Positions 10,741 to 21,798 of a DNA stretch of 64,000 bases are shown here, one piece after another. Position numbers and translations under genes: made by a program. The first letter of the stretch is position 1. The number at the start of each line of letters is the position of its first letter. Source of the stretch: an uncultured delta proteobacterium (GTDB lineage Bacteria > Desulfobacterota > Desulfuromonadia > Desulfuromonadales > JACZKF01); assembly GCA_963816395.1 (NCBI GenBank), contig CAWFKQ010000016.1:480001-544000 (forward strand). Direction: 5' to 3'. The notes under the pieces are model-generated. The model saw nothing but the letters and a program-made list of their open reading frames with translations, had not been told where the DNA came from and made no database searches.

Positions 10741-13700
10741 ATGACAGCCCCCACTGATCCGTTTCGCCAGTTCGCCAGCAGCGAGGGCCTTCCCATCCCG
10801 GGAAATACCCTGCGCGGTTGGCAGCAAACAGTGGATCTGCTGGCCGAGGTTCTCGGGGTGGCGGCGGCCCTGATTGTGCGAGTGCTCCCCGCGGCGGAGA
10901 TCGAGGTTCTGGTCTCCAGCCAGACACCGGGGAACCCCTATCGCGCCGGACAGAAAAGTGCCCTCGGCGCCGATATTTTCTCGGCAACGGTTGCGACCGG
11001 CGGGAAGGAACTTCTGGTGCCGTACCTCCCGGCGGAGGCCCGGCGGTTTTCCGGCCCCGATGCCGCTGCCGGTCTGCTCTCCTATATGGGGGTGCCCCTG
11101 CACTGGCCGAGCGGCCGGGTCTTCGGAGCGATCTGCGTTCTCGACCGGCAGGAAAATCACTATGAGGGATTTTGCCGGAAACTTCTCGGTCAAGCGCAAG
11201 ACCTCGTGCGGCTTGGTCTGCAGGCCCTCTACGATGCTCAGGTGCGCAGCCAGAACGGAGAAGAACTGGATCGTCTGCACCTGGAGTTGGAGCAGGCCGT
11301 TGCCAAGGTTGAACACCGCGTGCAAGCGCGTACCCGGGAGCTTGCCCGGGCCAATGAAGCACTGCGCATCAGCGAAGCCAGGTTTCGTACCCTGATCGAT
11401 CATGCACCCGAGGCGATGCTTGTCATGGAAATGGATTCCATGAAGATCATCGATATCAATGCGGTGGCGGAAAAACTCTATGGCTGGAGCCGGGAGGAAC
11501 TGCTGCAGGTCGGTCCCGCCGATGTCAGCCCTCTGTACCAGCCGGATGGTTCTCTCTCTTCCGAGGCGGCCGTGGCGCGGGTCGCCAAAGCCGCCGAGAA
11601 AGGGGTGCATGTTTTTGAATGGGTCCATTTAAATGCGGCCGGCAGGGAGTTCCTTTGCGAGGTGCGCCTGGTCCAACTGCCGCCTGCCGGCGGCAATCTT
11701 TTCCGGGCCAGCATTATAGACATTACCGAACAGAAAAAAGCCGAACAGGCATTGATCCAGAGTGAGAACAAGTATCGGACCATTTTCGACCATATTTCCG
11801 AGGGGCTGGCCTTTGTCGATATCGATGGGAGTTTTCTGGACGTCAACCCCGCCTATTGCCAGATGCTCGGTTATTCGCGAGAGGAGATGAGCGCCCTCAC
11901 CGTGCCGGACGTCATTCATCCAGATTACCGGCTGGTCTTTGAAGGGTTTTTATCCGCCATCCGAAACCATGAATATGAGGTATTTAAAGGCGAAGTCATC
12001 CATGTCCATAAAGACGGCCGCTTGATTCACACCGAAGTGCAAGGCAGGGCATTCAAGTTCAAGGGCAAAGATTGCCTGCTGGGCGCCCTGCGCGACATCT
12101 CGGAACGGAAGCAGGCGGAGGAGGCCTTGCGGGAGAGCGAAGAGCGGGTGCGGCTGCTGCTCGATTCGACGGCGGAAGCCATCTACGGCATTGATCTGGA
12201 GGGCCGCTGCACTTTCTGTAACCCATCGACCCTTCGCCTGCTGGGTTACCAGGAGCAGGCTGATCTGCTGGGCAAAGACATGCACGCCCTGATTCATTAC
12301 AAGCACCCGGACGGCCGTCCGTATCCGATTGAAGAATGCCAGGCGTGCCAGGCCTTTCACCGGAGTGAGGGTTTTCACGTCAAGGACGAGGTGTTCTGGC
12401 ACGCCGACGGCACCTCTTTTCCGGTGGAGTACCGCGCCTTCCCGATTCGTAAGCAAGGGCAGGTGCTCGGTGCGGTGGTGACCTTTCTGGATATCACCGA
12501 ATCCAAGCAGGCCGAGCAGGCCCTGGCCAAAAGCGAAAACCAGTTTCAGAGTGTTTTCGAGAACGCCGCCATGGGGGTGATCCTGCTGGATCTTGAAGGC
12601 CGCCTGATCAGGTGCAACCCGGCCTTCTGCCGGATGCTAGGCTACCCGGAAGCGGAACTCAAATCCCTGCGCTTCAAGGATTTTACCCACCCCGAAGACA
12701 TCCCGAAAAGTATCCGCCAGTTCAGGCAGCTGCTGGCCGGGAAAAGGGAATACCAGTATGAGAAGCGCTACCTGTCCAAGCAAAAGGAAATCATCTGGGT
12801 CCGCGTGACCGTTTCGAGAATCGGGACCACGGAGGGGCTGTCCGACTTTGCCCTGGCCATGGTGGAAGACGTCACCGAACAGAGAAAAGTCGAACAGGCC
12901 CTGTTGCAGAGCGAGGAAAGGTATCGGGCCATTTTCAATAATATTTCAGATGGATTGTCCGTTCATGATTTCGAGGGGCGGTTCCTGGAGGTCAATCCCG
13001 CCGATTGCAAGATGCACGGGTATACGAGAGAAGAAATGATGGCCTTGACCGTGCCCAACATGGTTCACCCGGATTGTTCCAACGTTTTCAATGAGTACAA
13101 GGAGTCGATTGAAAAAACGGGTTTTTTTGTCGGGGATGTGAAGCAGTTCCGCAAAGACGGCAGCATAATCCATGTCGAAGTCAAGGGGACGACGATCTAT
13201 CTCGAAAACAAGAAATATCTCCTGGCCATCGTGCGTGATATTACCGAACGCAAGCGGGCGGAGGAGGAGCTGAGAAGGCATCAGGAACATCTTGAAGAAC
13301 TGGTGGCAGAACGTACGGTCGAACTGGCGGCCTCCAAAGAGCAGGCGGAGACCGCCAATCGCGCCAAAAGCGTCTTTCTCGCCAACATGTCGCATGAACT
13401 GCGCACCCCCCTGAACGCTATCCTCGGTTTTTCCCAGCTGATGCGGCATGATCGCACCCTGGTCGAGGCTTCCCGGGAGAAACTGGATATCATCAATCGC
13501 AGCGGCGAGCATCTGCTGGGGATCATCAACGATGTACTGGAGGTTTCCAAGATCGAGGCCGGGCATATCGCCTTGCATCGGGCGACCTTCGACTTCTACG
13601 GGCTGCTGGAGGATATCTCGGCGATGTTCGGCATGCGCGCCGGGCAGAAGGGGGTGCGCTTCATCGTCGAACAGGCGGAGGATTTGCCGCGCTATCTGGT

Positions 13701-14748
13701 CGGCGACGAGGGGAAACTGCGGCAGGTGTTGATCAACCTGCTCGGCAACGCCGTCAAGTTCACCGACGAAGGGGAGATTACCCTGCGGGTCACTGCGGCC
13801 CGGGAGGGGACGGAAAACGGGAATCCGGGACAACGGCTCCTGCGCCTGGAGGTGGCGGACACCGGCGTCGGCATTGCGGACAAGGAGATGAACAGGCTTT
13901 TCCACCCCTTCGAGCAGACGCTGAGCGGGCAGGTCAAGGGCGGTACCGGCCTGGGACTGGCGCTCAGCTGGGAGTACGCGCGCCTGATGGGCGGCCATCT
14001 CAGTGCCGCCAGCGAACCAGGTAAAGGGAGCCTTTTTTCTTTCTCCTGCCGCCTTGAGGAAGGCTGCGAATCGTCGCTGGAGAGGGGGGAGGATATGCGG
14101 CGGGTGGTCGGTCTGGTGCCCGATTCCGGACCGAAGACCCTCCTGGTGGTGGATGATCAGGAAGAGAGCCGCCGTTTTGTGGCGGAACTGTTGAGCCTGG
14201 TCGGGTTCGGGATTTGCGAGGCGGCAAACGGCGAGGAGGCGCTGGCTGTCTTCGCCGCCGAGGGTCCGGATCTGGTGCTGATGGACATGCGGATGCCGGT
14301 GCTGGACGGCTACGCGGCGACGCGGCGGCTGAAGGCCACACCTGCCGGGAGAAAAACCCCGGTCATCGTCTTGAGTGCGAGCGGGCTGGCGGAGGAAAGG
14401 GAAAAAATTCTGGCGACCGGGGCCGATGAATTCATCTGTAAGCCTTTTCGGGAGCGTGAGCTTTTCGACGCCATCGGCAGGTTGCTCGGGATCAAGTACC
14501 GCTATGCCGAAATGATGAAAGGCGCACCGCCGTTCGCCGAAACCGCCAAGCTGACCTCCGCCGATCTGGAGGGCCTGCCGACGGCGCTTCGGGCGGAGTT
14601 GCGCCAGGCGCTGTTCGCTCTGAATGTCGGCGCCATCCGAAACGCCATCGATCGCGTCTGCTCGATCGACGCTCCGGTCGGGGAAGCCATGCTGCGGCTG
14701 GCGATGGACTATCAGTTCGAGATTCTGCTGGGCTTGATGAAGGAATAG
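10741..14748 (+). CDS. Cytoplasmic hybrid sensor histidine kinase (GAF, five PAS, HisKA, HATPase, REC)
   Basis: FLANMSHELRTPLN, NLLGNAVKFT, GGTGLGL, LMDMRMP; five PAS/PAC units; no obvious TM helix. Confidence 0.93.
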   Translation: MTAPTDPFRQFASSEGLPIPGNTLRGWQQTVDLLAEVLGVAAALIVRVLPAAEIEVLVSSQTPGNPYRAGQKSALGADIFSATVATGGKELLVPYLPAEARRFSGPDAAAGLLSYMGVPLHWPSGRVFGAICVLDRQENHYEGFCRKLLGQAQDLVRLGLQALYDAQVRSQNGEELDRLHLELEQAVAKVEHRVQARTRELARANEALRISEARFRTLIDHAPEAMLVMEMDSMKIIDINAVAEKLYGWSREELLQVGPADVSPLYQPDGSLSSEAAVARVAKAAEKGVHVFEWVHLNAAGREFLCEVRLVQLPPAGGNLFRASIIDITEQKKAEQALIQSENKYRTIFDHISEGLAFVDIDGSFLDVNPAYCQMLGYSREEMSALTVPDVIHPDYRLVFEGFLSAIRNHEYEVFKGEVIHVHKDGRLIHTEVQGRAFKFKGKDCLLGALRDISERKQAEEALRESEERVRLLLDSTAEAIYGIDLEGRCTFCNPSTLRLLGYQEQADLLGKDMHALIHYKHPDGRPYPIEECQACQAFHRSEGFHVKDEVFWHADGTSFPVEYRAFPIRKQGQVLGAVVTFLDITESKQAEQALAKSENQFQSVFENAAMGVILLDLEGRLIRCNPAFCRMLGYPEAELKSLRFKDFTHPEDIPKSIRQFRQLLAGKREYQYEKRYLSKQKEIIWVRVTVSRIGTTEGLSDFALAMVEDVTEQRKVEQALLQSEERYRAIFNNISDGLSVHDFEGRFLEVNPADCKMHGYTREEMMALTVPNMVHPDCSNVFNEYKESIEKTGFFVGDVKQFRKDGSIIHVEVKGTTIYLENKKYLLAIVRDITERKRAEEELRRHQEHLEELVAERTVELAASKEQAETANRAKSVFLANMSHELRTPLNAILGFSQLMRHDRTLVEASREKLDIINRSGEHLLGIINDVLEVSKIEAGHIALHRATFDFYGLLEDISAMFGMRAGQKGVRFIVEQAEDLPRYLVGDEGKLRQVLINLLGNAVKFTDEGEITLRVTAAREGTENGNPGQRLLRLEVADTGVGIADKEMNRLFHPFEQTLSGQVKGGTGLGLALSWEYARLMGGHLSAASEPGKGSLFSFSCRLEEGCESSLERGEDMRRVVGLVPDSGPKTLLVVDDQEESRRFVAELLSLVGFGICEAANGEEALAVFAAEGPDLVLMDMRMPVLDGYAATRRLKATPAGRKTPVIVLSASGLAEEREKILATGADEFICKPFRERELFDAIGRLLGIKYRYAEMMKGAPPFAETAKLTSADLEGLPTALRAELRQALFALNVGAIRNAIDRVCSIDAPVGEAMLRLAMDYQFEILLGLMKE

Positions 14749-14826
14749 CCCTGGCGGCGTTGTTTCGGCGGTGCACGGCGTGCTCGCCGCCGGAAAGGTC
14801 CCGAAGGGGGAAACCGCAGGGAGGAC

Positions 14827-16367
14827 ATGCGGAAAAAGGAGGCGGAAAATTCTCGTGATGAGCCATTTCAAAAACCCGGCAATCCGGACCGTGGGGAGAA
14901 AGAGCGAATGTCCTGGTGGTGGATGATACGCCGCAGAATCTCTCACTCCTGTCCGAGATTCTAACTGCGGGCGGCTTTGAAGTGCGACCGGCCAAAAGCG
15001 GCAATATGGCGCTGGTGTCGGCACGGGCCATCCCGCCTGAGCTGATCCTGCTCGATATCATGATGCCCGGGATGGATGGCTACGAGGTCTGCCGTCAGCT
15101 CAAAGCCGATGAACGAATGCGCGATGTGCCGGTCATCTTCATCAGCGCCCTGGAGGAGACGGTCGACCGGGTCAAGGCCTTCGAGGTCGGCGGAGTCGAC
15201 TTTGTCACCAAGCCCTTCCAGGCCGCCGAGGTCCTGGCCCGGGTGCGAACCCACCTCGCCCTGCGGCGAGTCCAGCTCAGCCTGGAAAGGCAGAACGCCC
15301 AGTTGGAACGGGAAATCGCCGAGAGGAAGAGAACCGAGGAGGAACTCTCCAGGGTTCAGGATTCCCTTACCGGCATCCTGGAGCGGAAACTGCGACACCC
15401 GGAGGTATTCAAAAGCATCGTTTCCCAAAGTGAAAAGATGCGGAACCTGTTTCAATATATCGAAGCCCTGGCCTGTAGCTCCGAGCCCGTGCTCATTACC
15501 GGTGAGAGCGGTGTCGGCAAGGAACTCATTGCCAGGGCCATCCATGACATCAGCCACCCGCGAGGCCCCTGGGTGCCGGTCAATATCGCCGGCCTCGACG
15601 ACAATGTCTTTTCCGACACGCTGTTCGGTCATGTGAAAGGGGCTTTTACGGGAGCAGATCGGGCCCGGGCCGGAATGATCGAGAAAGCGGCTGGCGGCAC
15701 CCTTTTTCTCGATGAAATCGGTGATCTGAACCCCGTCTCGCAGGTAAAACTCCTGCGGCTGCTTCAGGAAAAGGAGTTCATGCCCCTGGGAAGTGACAGG
15801 GCGATGGAGGTCAGTGCCCGCATCGTTGTTGCAACCAACGTCAACCTGGAACAGAAACAGAAAACCGGCGAGTTTCGAAAGGATCTCTATTTCAGGCTTT
15901 ACACTCACCATATCGAGGTCCCTCCCCTGCGAGAACGACCAGAGGATATCCCGTGTCTGCTGGACCATTTACTGGCGGAAGCCGCCCGGGAGATGGGCAA
16001 GAAGAAACCGACGCCGCCGCCAGAACTTCTGCTTTTACTTGAAAACTACCATTTCCCAGGAAACATCCGTGAACTTCGGGCCATGGTCTTCAATGCCGTG
16101 AGTGTGCATAATGGCCGGAAACTCTCCATGGACCTCTTTAAAAAGTCCATGGGGATATCCAGAAAGGAGTCTGTCTCAACACATGACGACTCGCCGGAGA
16201 ACCCACTGCTCACCTTTCACGAGCGCCTGCCGACCCTGAAAGAATCCGCCGACCTTCTGGTCCGGGAAGCCATACGGCGAACCAGGGGCAACCAGTCCAT
16301 GGCGGCGAGGCTTCTCGGCATCACGCAACCCGCCTTGAGCAGTCGATTGAAAAAGCTGGAGCAGTAG
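14827..16367 (+). CDS. NtrC-family sigma54-dependent response regulator; probable frameshift near 14900, start uncertain
   Basis: REC (LLDIMMP), GESGVGKE, GAFTGA, C-terminal HTH; in-frame stop just upstream of VLVVDD, with an RBS+ATG at 14827 in another frame. Confidence 0.88.
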
Positions 16368-16563
16368 AAGTCAGGGAAAAGGCCAAAGTTTTATTATAGG
16401 CCCAATCAGGACTATAATAAGCCATCCGTCTGATCTGAAAGACATTTCTCACCTCCGTCCATTCTCTCATAATGTAAGCTATAGCCTTTTCCATCCGCCC
16501 CTCTCCCCCTCCCATTCAGTACAAACCAGTGTTTTACATAGTTTCAGGTGCAACATTTGCCTT

Positions 16564-16579
16564 TGGCATTATGGTTGCT
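16564..16579 (+). promoter_or_regulatory. sigma54 promoter of the fdhD-Mo enzyme-OFOR-cyclase operon
   Basis: TGGCAT-tatgg-TTGCT. Confidence 0.85.
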
Positions 16580-16761
16580 CTTGCTATCTTCCGGGCGGCG
16601 CAATTACCCGATGGCATGGACTCAAGCGCCGGCAAGAGCGAATTCGCATAACGCTGTTTCCGCTAAATTCGGCAGCCCCTTCGGAAAACGATCTCGCCCG
16701 GCCCGGGCGAGCAGGAACGGCTTTTTTCTCCAGTCCCAAACCGCCGCAAAAGGGGGAAGAG

Positions 16762-17614
16762 ATGATAGATGAATCGGTCAAACTGCCTGTCATCAAGGTC
16801 ATGGGACGGGAAAAGAGCCTGGCCGAGGACCCGGTTGTCCGGGAGAGTCCCGATAACCATTTTTTTCAATAAAGAGGAGATCGTCACCATTCTGTGCTCA
16901 CCGGATCAGATCAGGGAGTTGACGATCGGCTTTCTCGTCTCCGAAGGCTTTATCCGGGCACGAGACGATCTGTACACGATTGGCCACCATTGCGAAGAAA
17001 ACATCATCCGGGTCGAAGGAAAACCCCGGCCGGCCCAGAAAACGGCGATGAACAGGCGCGTCATGTCAGCGTGCTGCGGCAAGAGCCGGGCTTCCTTCAA
17101 TTTCGAGAACGATGCCTCCCTGGTCAGCGCCCAGCGGTCAGAGGTTCGGGTTCCTCTCGACGAGGCGACATTCTATGCGAACTTTCTCGACCAGAACTCT
17201 TCTCTCTTCAGGGAGACCGGAGGAATTCACAATGGTGGAGTCGGATTTTCGGGTGAAGTCCGTTACATCTGCCACGACATCGGACGGCACAATGTGCTCG
17301 ACAAGATCCTTGGCAGGGCGTACCTGCTCAACCTGGATCTTGCCGACCATGTTCTGTTCTTCAGCGGCAGGGTTTCATCGGAAATCCTCCTGAAAGTGGC
17401 AAAAATGAATATTCCCATACTCGTCGCCCGCTCGGCGCCCACCGATCTGGCCGTAGCTCTTGCCGAAGACTTGAATATCACGCTCATCGGTTTCGCCCGA
17501 GGGGACAGGTTGAATATCTATTCCAGCCCGGAGCGGATCAGGCTGCCTCCCCTGTTGTGGAAGGATTCCTCCAGAGGCGGAGGCGATGAAGCCCGCAGGC
17601 AAATTCGCCTCTAA
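16762..17614 (+). CDS. fdhD: Moco sulfur-carrier protein FdhD, frameshift near 16845
   Basis: ETGGIH, DIGRHNVLDK, SGRVSSEI; N-terminus MIDESVK...EDPVVRE from ATG 16762. Confidence 0.9.
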
Positions 17615-17690
17615 ATAAAACCATTCGGCAAGGCGCGGCCTCAACAGGCGAGAAGGGAAGGGAACGTTTGCAAAAACAGGGAGGAAGAAC

Positions 17691-20204
17691 TTGAAACAGA
17701 GTGAACTGGTGGCACAAAAGGATTACTGGGCCAAAAGCGCCTGCAAGATGTGTATTCATAGCTGCGCAATCAGGGCTCACGTCGTGGACGGGGTAGTGGT
17801 AAAGATCGAGGGTGACCCCGAAAACCCCAGCAACCGCGGGAAGCTATGCCCCAAGGGGCAGGCCGGCATCATGCGGCTCTACGATCCCCACCGGGTGAAG
17901 ACCCCCCTGAAACGGACCAACCCGGAAAAGGGAGCGGGGATCGATCCCAAGTGGGAGCCCATCTCCTGGGAGGATGCCCTCGCCATTACGGCCGCAAAAT
18001 TGAAAAAGATCCGGGCGGAGGACCCCCGCAAGCTGCTCGTGGCCATCAACGATTTCCACCGGATCCACATCTGGGGTTGGGGCGCGGCTTTCGGGACCCC
18101 TCACTACTTCTCCACCGTAGGTCAGTACTGCGGCGCCGCCTACCACCCGGTCAACGGCACCCTGGACGGCTCCTTTGCCGCGGTCAACGATTACGACCAC
18201 TGCAAGTACTGGATACAGATCGGCGCCGGGGACGGGTTTTCCTCCCACCTGCACGTGGCCGCCTCCATCAAGAGGATGGCCGATGCCCGCGTGGACCGGG
18301 GAATGAAGCTGGTCGTGGTCGAACCCCGCATGTCGACGGGGGCAGCCAAGGCTGACGAGTGGCTGCCCATCCGGCCCGGGACGGACCGCGCCTTCGTCCT
18401 GGGCATGGCCTATGTGCTGCTCTATGAGCTGAATATTTACGATCGCGGGTTCATCCGCAAACATACCAACGGCATCTATCTGGTGGCGCCGGACGGCAAT
18501 CTGCTCAGGAACTCCGAATCAAAGCCGATGGTCTGGGATGCCGCCGGCCAACAGGCCCGGGAGTTCGATGCCCCGGGGTTGAACCTGGAGGACATCGCCC
18601 TGGAGGGGGTCTATGAGATCGATGGGGTCGCCTACCGGCCGGCCTTTCAGGTGATCAAGGACACCCTGAAGGACCACACCCCCGAGAGGATGTCCGGGAT
18701 CAGTTCGATTCCGGCGGCCACCATCCGCCGCATCGCCAAGGAGTTCGTCGAGGCGGCCTGCATCGGCAGCACCATTATGCTCGATGGCAAGGAATATCCC
18801 TATCGGCCGGCGGCCGTCAATTTCTATCGCGGCGCCATCGGGCATTACGATGGCGGACTCGACGCCGAGGCCATGAAACTGATCAACCTGCTGATCGGGA
18901 ACATCGATGTGCCCGGCGGCCATATCGGGGTCGGTCTCGATCACCGGCTGCTCCTCATCGCCGAGGGGAAGGACGGCATGCTCCAGCCCCAGCCGCACAT
19001 TCTGCATCCCCCCTATGCGTTCGCCGAGAAGCCCTACAGCTATCAGCTCATGGAATGGTATCCCATCGGGATCGATCCCGGGCACCTGACCGCGGACAAC
19101 GTTTTATACCCGGAAAAATATGGCTTCGACTTCCAGCCGGAGGCTCTGATCATCGAGCATTCCAACCCTCTGTGGAACCTTTCCGCGACCAATAAGGTGA
19201 CGGATGTTTTCAAAAAGCTCGACTTCATTGTGGCCATCGACATCGTCCTCAACGAATCCACCGATTGGGCCGACATCGTCCTCCCGGACCTGTCCTACCT
19301 GGAGTCGCACCTGCTGGTCTGTATCGAATCCCCCATGGTCACGGGTCATTTCTACCGGCGGCCGGTGATCGAACCGCTCTACGACGGCCGGGACGCTACG
19401 GACATCCTGACGGATCTGGCGGAGCGCATCGGTTTTCTGGATGCCTGGAACGGCCTGCTCAATTTCACCGTCTTCCTCACGCCGGAGAATCAGCTGGATC
19501 CGGCCACCAAATACAGCAACCTGGAATTGACCGACCGGATGGCGAAGAGCATCTATGGGCCGGACAAGGGGCTGGACTGGTTTCAGGAGAACGGCCATGC
19601 CACCCGCAAACAGACGCCGGAGGAAATGTATCTGCCTTTCGCCAAAAAGGGGCTGCGCATTCCCATCTACTTCAACTTCATCAAGGAGACCGGGGATGAC
19701 CTGGCGCAGAAGATGAAGGCGGCGGGCGTGGAGTGGGATACTTCATCCTACCTGCCGGTGCCGGTCTGGCGGGACCATCATCCCCTGCACAACCTGCCGG
19801 CCGAATATGACCTTTATGCCTTTGCCTTCAAGGAGTGTCAGACCAACTTCTCGGAAAGCACCAACATCCCCTGGATCGACGAGGCGATAAGCTGCATGCC
19901 CATCCATCTGGGGGTGATGATCAACTCGAAGACGGCCAGGAAAAAGGGGATCAGGACCGGCGACATCCTCAAGCTCGAATCACCGTTCGGGGAAGTGACC
20001 GGCCGTGCCAGTGTCTGCGAAGAGGTGCATCCGGAGTGTGTTGCCCTGTCGAACGGCCTCAGCCGATGGTCCCAGCACCCCGTCGGGAAGAGAAAGGTTT
20101 CGACGCACTTCAACAAGCTGCTGCCGGCGGATGTCAAATGGACCGATGGCATGACCGGCCACCTGGAGACTTCGACCAAGGTCAAAATCAGCATCATTTC
20201 GTGA
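17691..20204 (+). CDS. DMSO-reductase-family Mo/W-bisMGD catalytic subunit, cytoplasm-facing (PadB/Psr-like)
   Basis: CKMCIHSC...LCPKG FS0 cluster, ADEWLPIRPGTD, WADIVLPD, candidate Cys ligand in GQYCGAA; no twin-arginine signal. Confidence 0.92.
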   Translation: MKQSELVAQKDYWAKSACKMCIHSCAIRAHVVDGVVVKIEGDPENPSNRGKLCPKGQAGIMRLYDPHRVKTPLKRTNPEKGAGIDPKWEPISWEDALAITAAKLKKIRAEDPRKLLVAINDFHRIHIWGWGAAFGTPHYFSTVGQYCGAAYHPVNGTLDGSFAAVNDYDHCKYWIQIGAGDGFSSHLHVAASIKRMADARVDRGMKLVVVEPRMSTGAAKADEWLPIRPGTDRAFVLGMAYVLLYELNIYDRGFIRKHTNGIYLVAPDGNLLRNSESKPMVWDAAGQQAREFDAPGLNLEDIALEGVYEIDGVAYRPAFQVIKDTLKDHTPERMSGISSIPAATIRRIAKEFVEAACIGSTIMLDGKEYPYRPAAVNFYRGAIGHYDGGLDAEAMKLINLLIGNIDVPGGHIGVGLDHRLLLIAEGKDGMLQPQPHILHPPYAFAEKPYSYQLMEWYPIGIDPGHLTADNVLYPEKYGFDFQPEALIIEHSNPLWNLSATNKVTDVFKKLDFIVAIDIVLNESTDWADIVLPDLSYLESHLLVCIESPMVTGHFYRRPVIEPLYDGRDATDILTDLAERIGFLDAWNGLLNFTVFLTPENQLDPATKYSNLELTDRMAKSIYGPDKGLDWFQENGHATRKQTPEEMYLPFAKKGLRIPIYFNFIKETGDDLAQKMKAAGVEWDTSSYLPVPVWRDHHPLHNLPAEYDLYAFAFKECQTNFSESTNIPWIDEAISCMPIHLGVMINSKTARKKGIRTGDILKLESPFGEVTGRASVCEEVHPECVALSNGLSRWSQHPVGKRKVSTHFNKLLPADVKWTDGMTGHLETSTKVKISIIS

Positions 20205-20219
20205 TAGGAGACAGGCGCA

Positions 20220-20828
20220 ATGCATTATGGAATGGTGATCGACCTCAAGCGTTGTGTGGGCTGCCAGTCTTGTACCATTGCCTGCAAAGCCGAGAATGGA
20301 ACCCCGCCAGGGGTTATGTACACCAAGGTTCTGGACCAGGTGTCGGGGGAATATCCGAATGTAAGAAAGCAGTTCGTGCCGGTCCTCTGCAACCATTGCC
20401 AGAATGCTCCCTGCCAGAAGGTGTGTCCTACCGGCGCCACCTACAAGCGCGAGGACGGGCTGGTTCTGGTGGACAGCGACAAGTGCTTCGGGTGCCGGGC
20501 CTGTTACGTGGCCTGCCCCTACAACAACCGGATTTTCCTGCAGCGGGGGAAGCTCAAGAAGGGATATCACGGCAAGGTGATGACCCCTTACGAGGAGGTC
20601 AAATATAAGGAGCACCAGGACGGAATTGTGCATAAGTGCAAGTTCTGTGCGCCCCGGGTGGATCAGGGACTGGAACCTTCCTGTGTCCAGACCTGTCCGG
20701 CCGATGCCAGAGTGTTCGGCGACCTGGATGATCCCGAGAGCAAGGTCAGCCGCCTGATCCGCAGCCGGGGCGGCATGCAGGCCCTCAGTGACGATAACAC
20801 CGACCCCTCTGTCTACTACTTGAGCTAG
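20220..20828 (+). CDS. 4x[4Fe-4S] electron-transfer subunit (PadC/NrfC-like)
   Basis: CVGCQSC, CNHCQNAPC, CFGCRAC, CKFC...CVQTCP. Confidence 0.93.
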   Translation: MHYGMVIDLKRCVGCQSCTIACKAENGTPPGVMYTKVLDQVSGEYPNVRKQFVPVLCNHCQNAPCQKVCPTGATYKREDGLVLVDSDKCFGCRACYVACPYNNRIFLQRGKLKKGYHGKVMTPYEEVKYKEHQDGIVHKCKFCAPRVDQGLEPSCVQTCPADARVFGDLDDPESKVSRLIRSRGGMQALSDDNTDPSVYYLS

Positions 20829-20839
20829 GAGAAAGTCCC

Positions 20840-21718
20840 ATGGCCAAAGATATGACCTTAGTCGGGAACGAATTCGTTTCTGGTTTTCGGCAGCAGACGG
20901 AATGGGGCGGGCTGATCGCCAGCGCATTTTTCTTCGGCAAGGTTGGCGCCGGGCTCTTCATGATATCCGTGCTGACGCAATCACGGCTCGGCATGCTGAT
21001 TGGCCTGTTGATCGTGCTTGCCGGCAAGGGCGGGGCTCATATGCTCTATCTCGGAAGGCCACTGCGCTTCCTGCGCGGGATGGCCCGTCCGGGCACCTCC
21101 TGGGTGGCCAGAGGGTTCTGGGCGATGACCCTGATGACGGCCACCGGCTTCCTGGCGGTACTCCTGCCGGCCGGCAGCTCCCTGTTCCTGCCGGTGGCGG
21201 TTTTCGCCGCGGCCTGCGCTTTTGTCGTAGCGATCTACGACGGATTTCTACTCACCTCCTCCCCGTCGATACCCATTTGGAATACGGCCCTGATGCCGGT
21301 TCTGTGTATGTTTTATGCCTTCCTGGGAGGGACCACCGTCACTCTTTTCCTGGCCCACATGGGTCTGCTGGAACTGCCGGTCAACAACCAGGTATTTTCC
21401 GCCGTTGAAATCATTTTACTGGTGGTCAACCTGATCATTGTCATTCTTTTTCTGGCGTCGAGCATCAATTCCGGATCCGCCGGCAGAGAATCCTTCAACC
21501 TGCTGGTCAGGGGCGCGTACGCCCTCCCTTTCTTTGCCCTGGTCGTCGGCGTCGGGCTGGTTTTTACCCTGTCCATGCTGCTGGTGGTCGGGTCGGATGC
21601 CGGGCCCGGTATGGTTTTCCTGATTACCGTCGCGGACCTGGTGGGACATTATTTCCTGTTTTTTCTGCTGCTGAAGGCAGGGGTGTTCAAACCGGTTCTG
21701 GGTCACCTGAAAATCTGA
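20840..21718 (+). CDS. NrfD/PsrC/PadD-like membrane anchor
   Basis: About eight hydrophobic segments, LGRPLRF and SWVARG motifs. Confidence 0.88.
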   Translation: MAKDMTLVGNEFVSGFRQQTEWGGLIASAFFFGKVGAGLFMISVLTQSRLGMLIGLLIVLAGKGGAHMLYLGRPLRFLRGMARPGTSWVARGFWAMTLMTATGFLAVLLPAGSSLFLPVAVFAAACAFVVAIYDGFLLTSSPSIPIWNTALMPVLCMFYAFLGGTTVTLFLAHMGLLELPVNNQVFSAVEIILLVVNLIIVILFLASSINSGSAGRESFNLLVRGAYALPFFALVVGVGLVFTLSMLLVVGSDAGPGMVFLITVADLVGHYFLFFLLLKAGVFKPVLGHLKI

Positions 21719-21798
21719 CGAGTATCTCATCCAGACCGCTTGTCTTCTCCCCCTGCGCCCGCTGACTTGGGCGGAGGGGAGAACCCGGGGAGAAAAAC

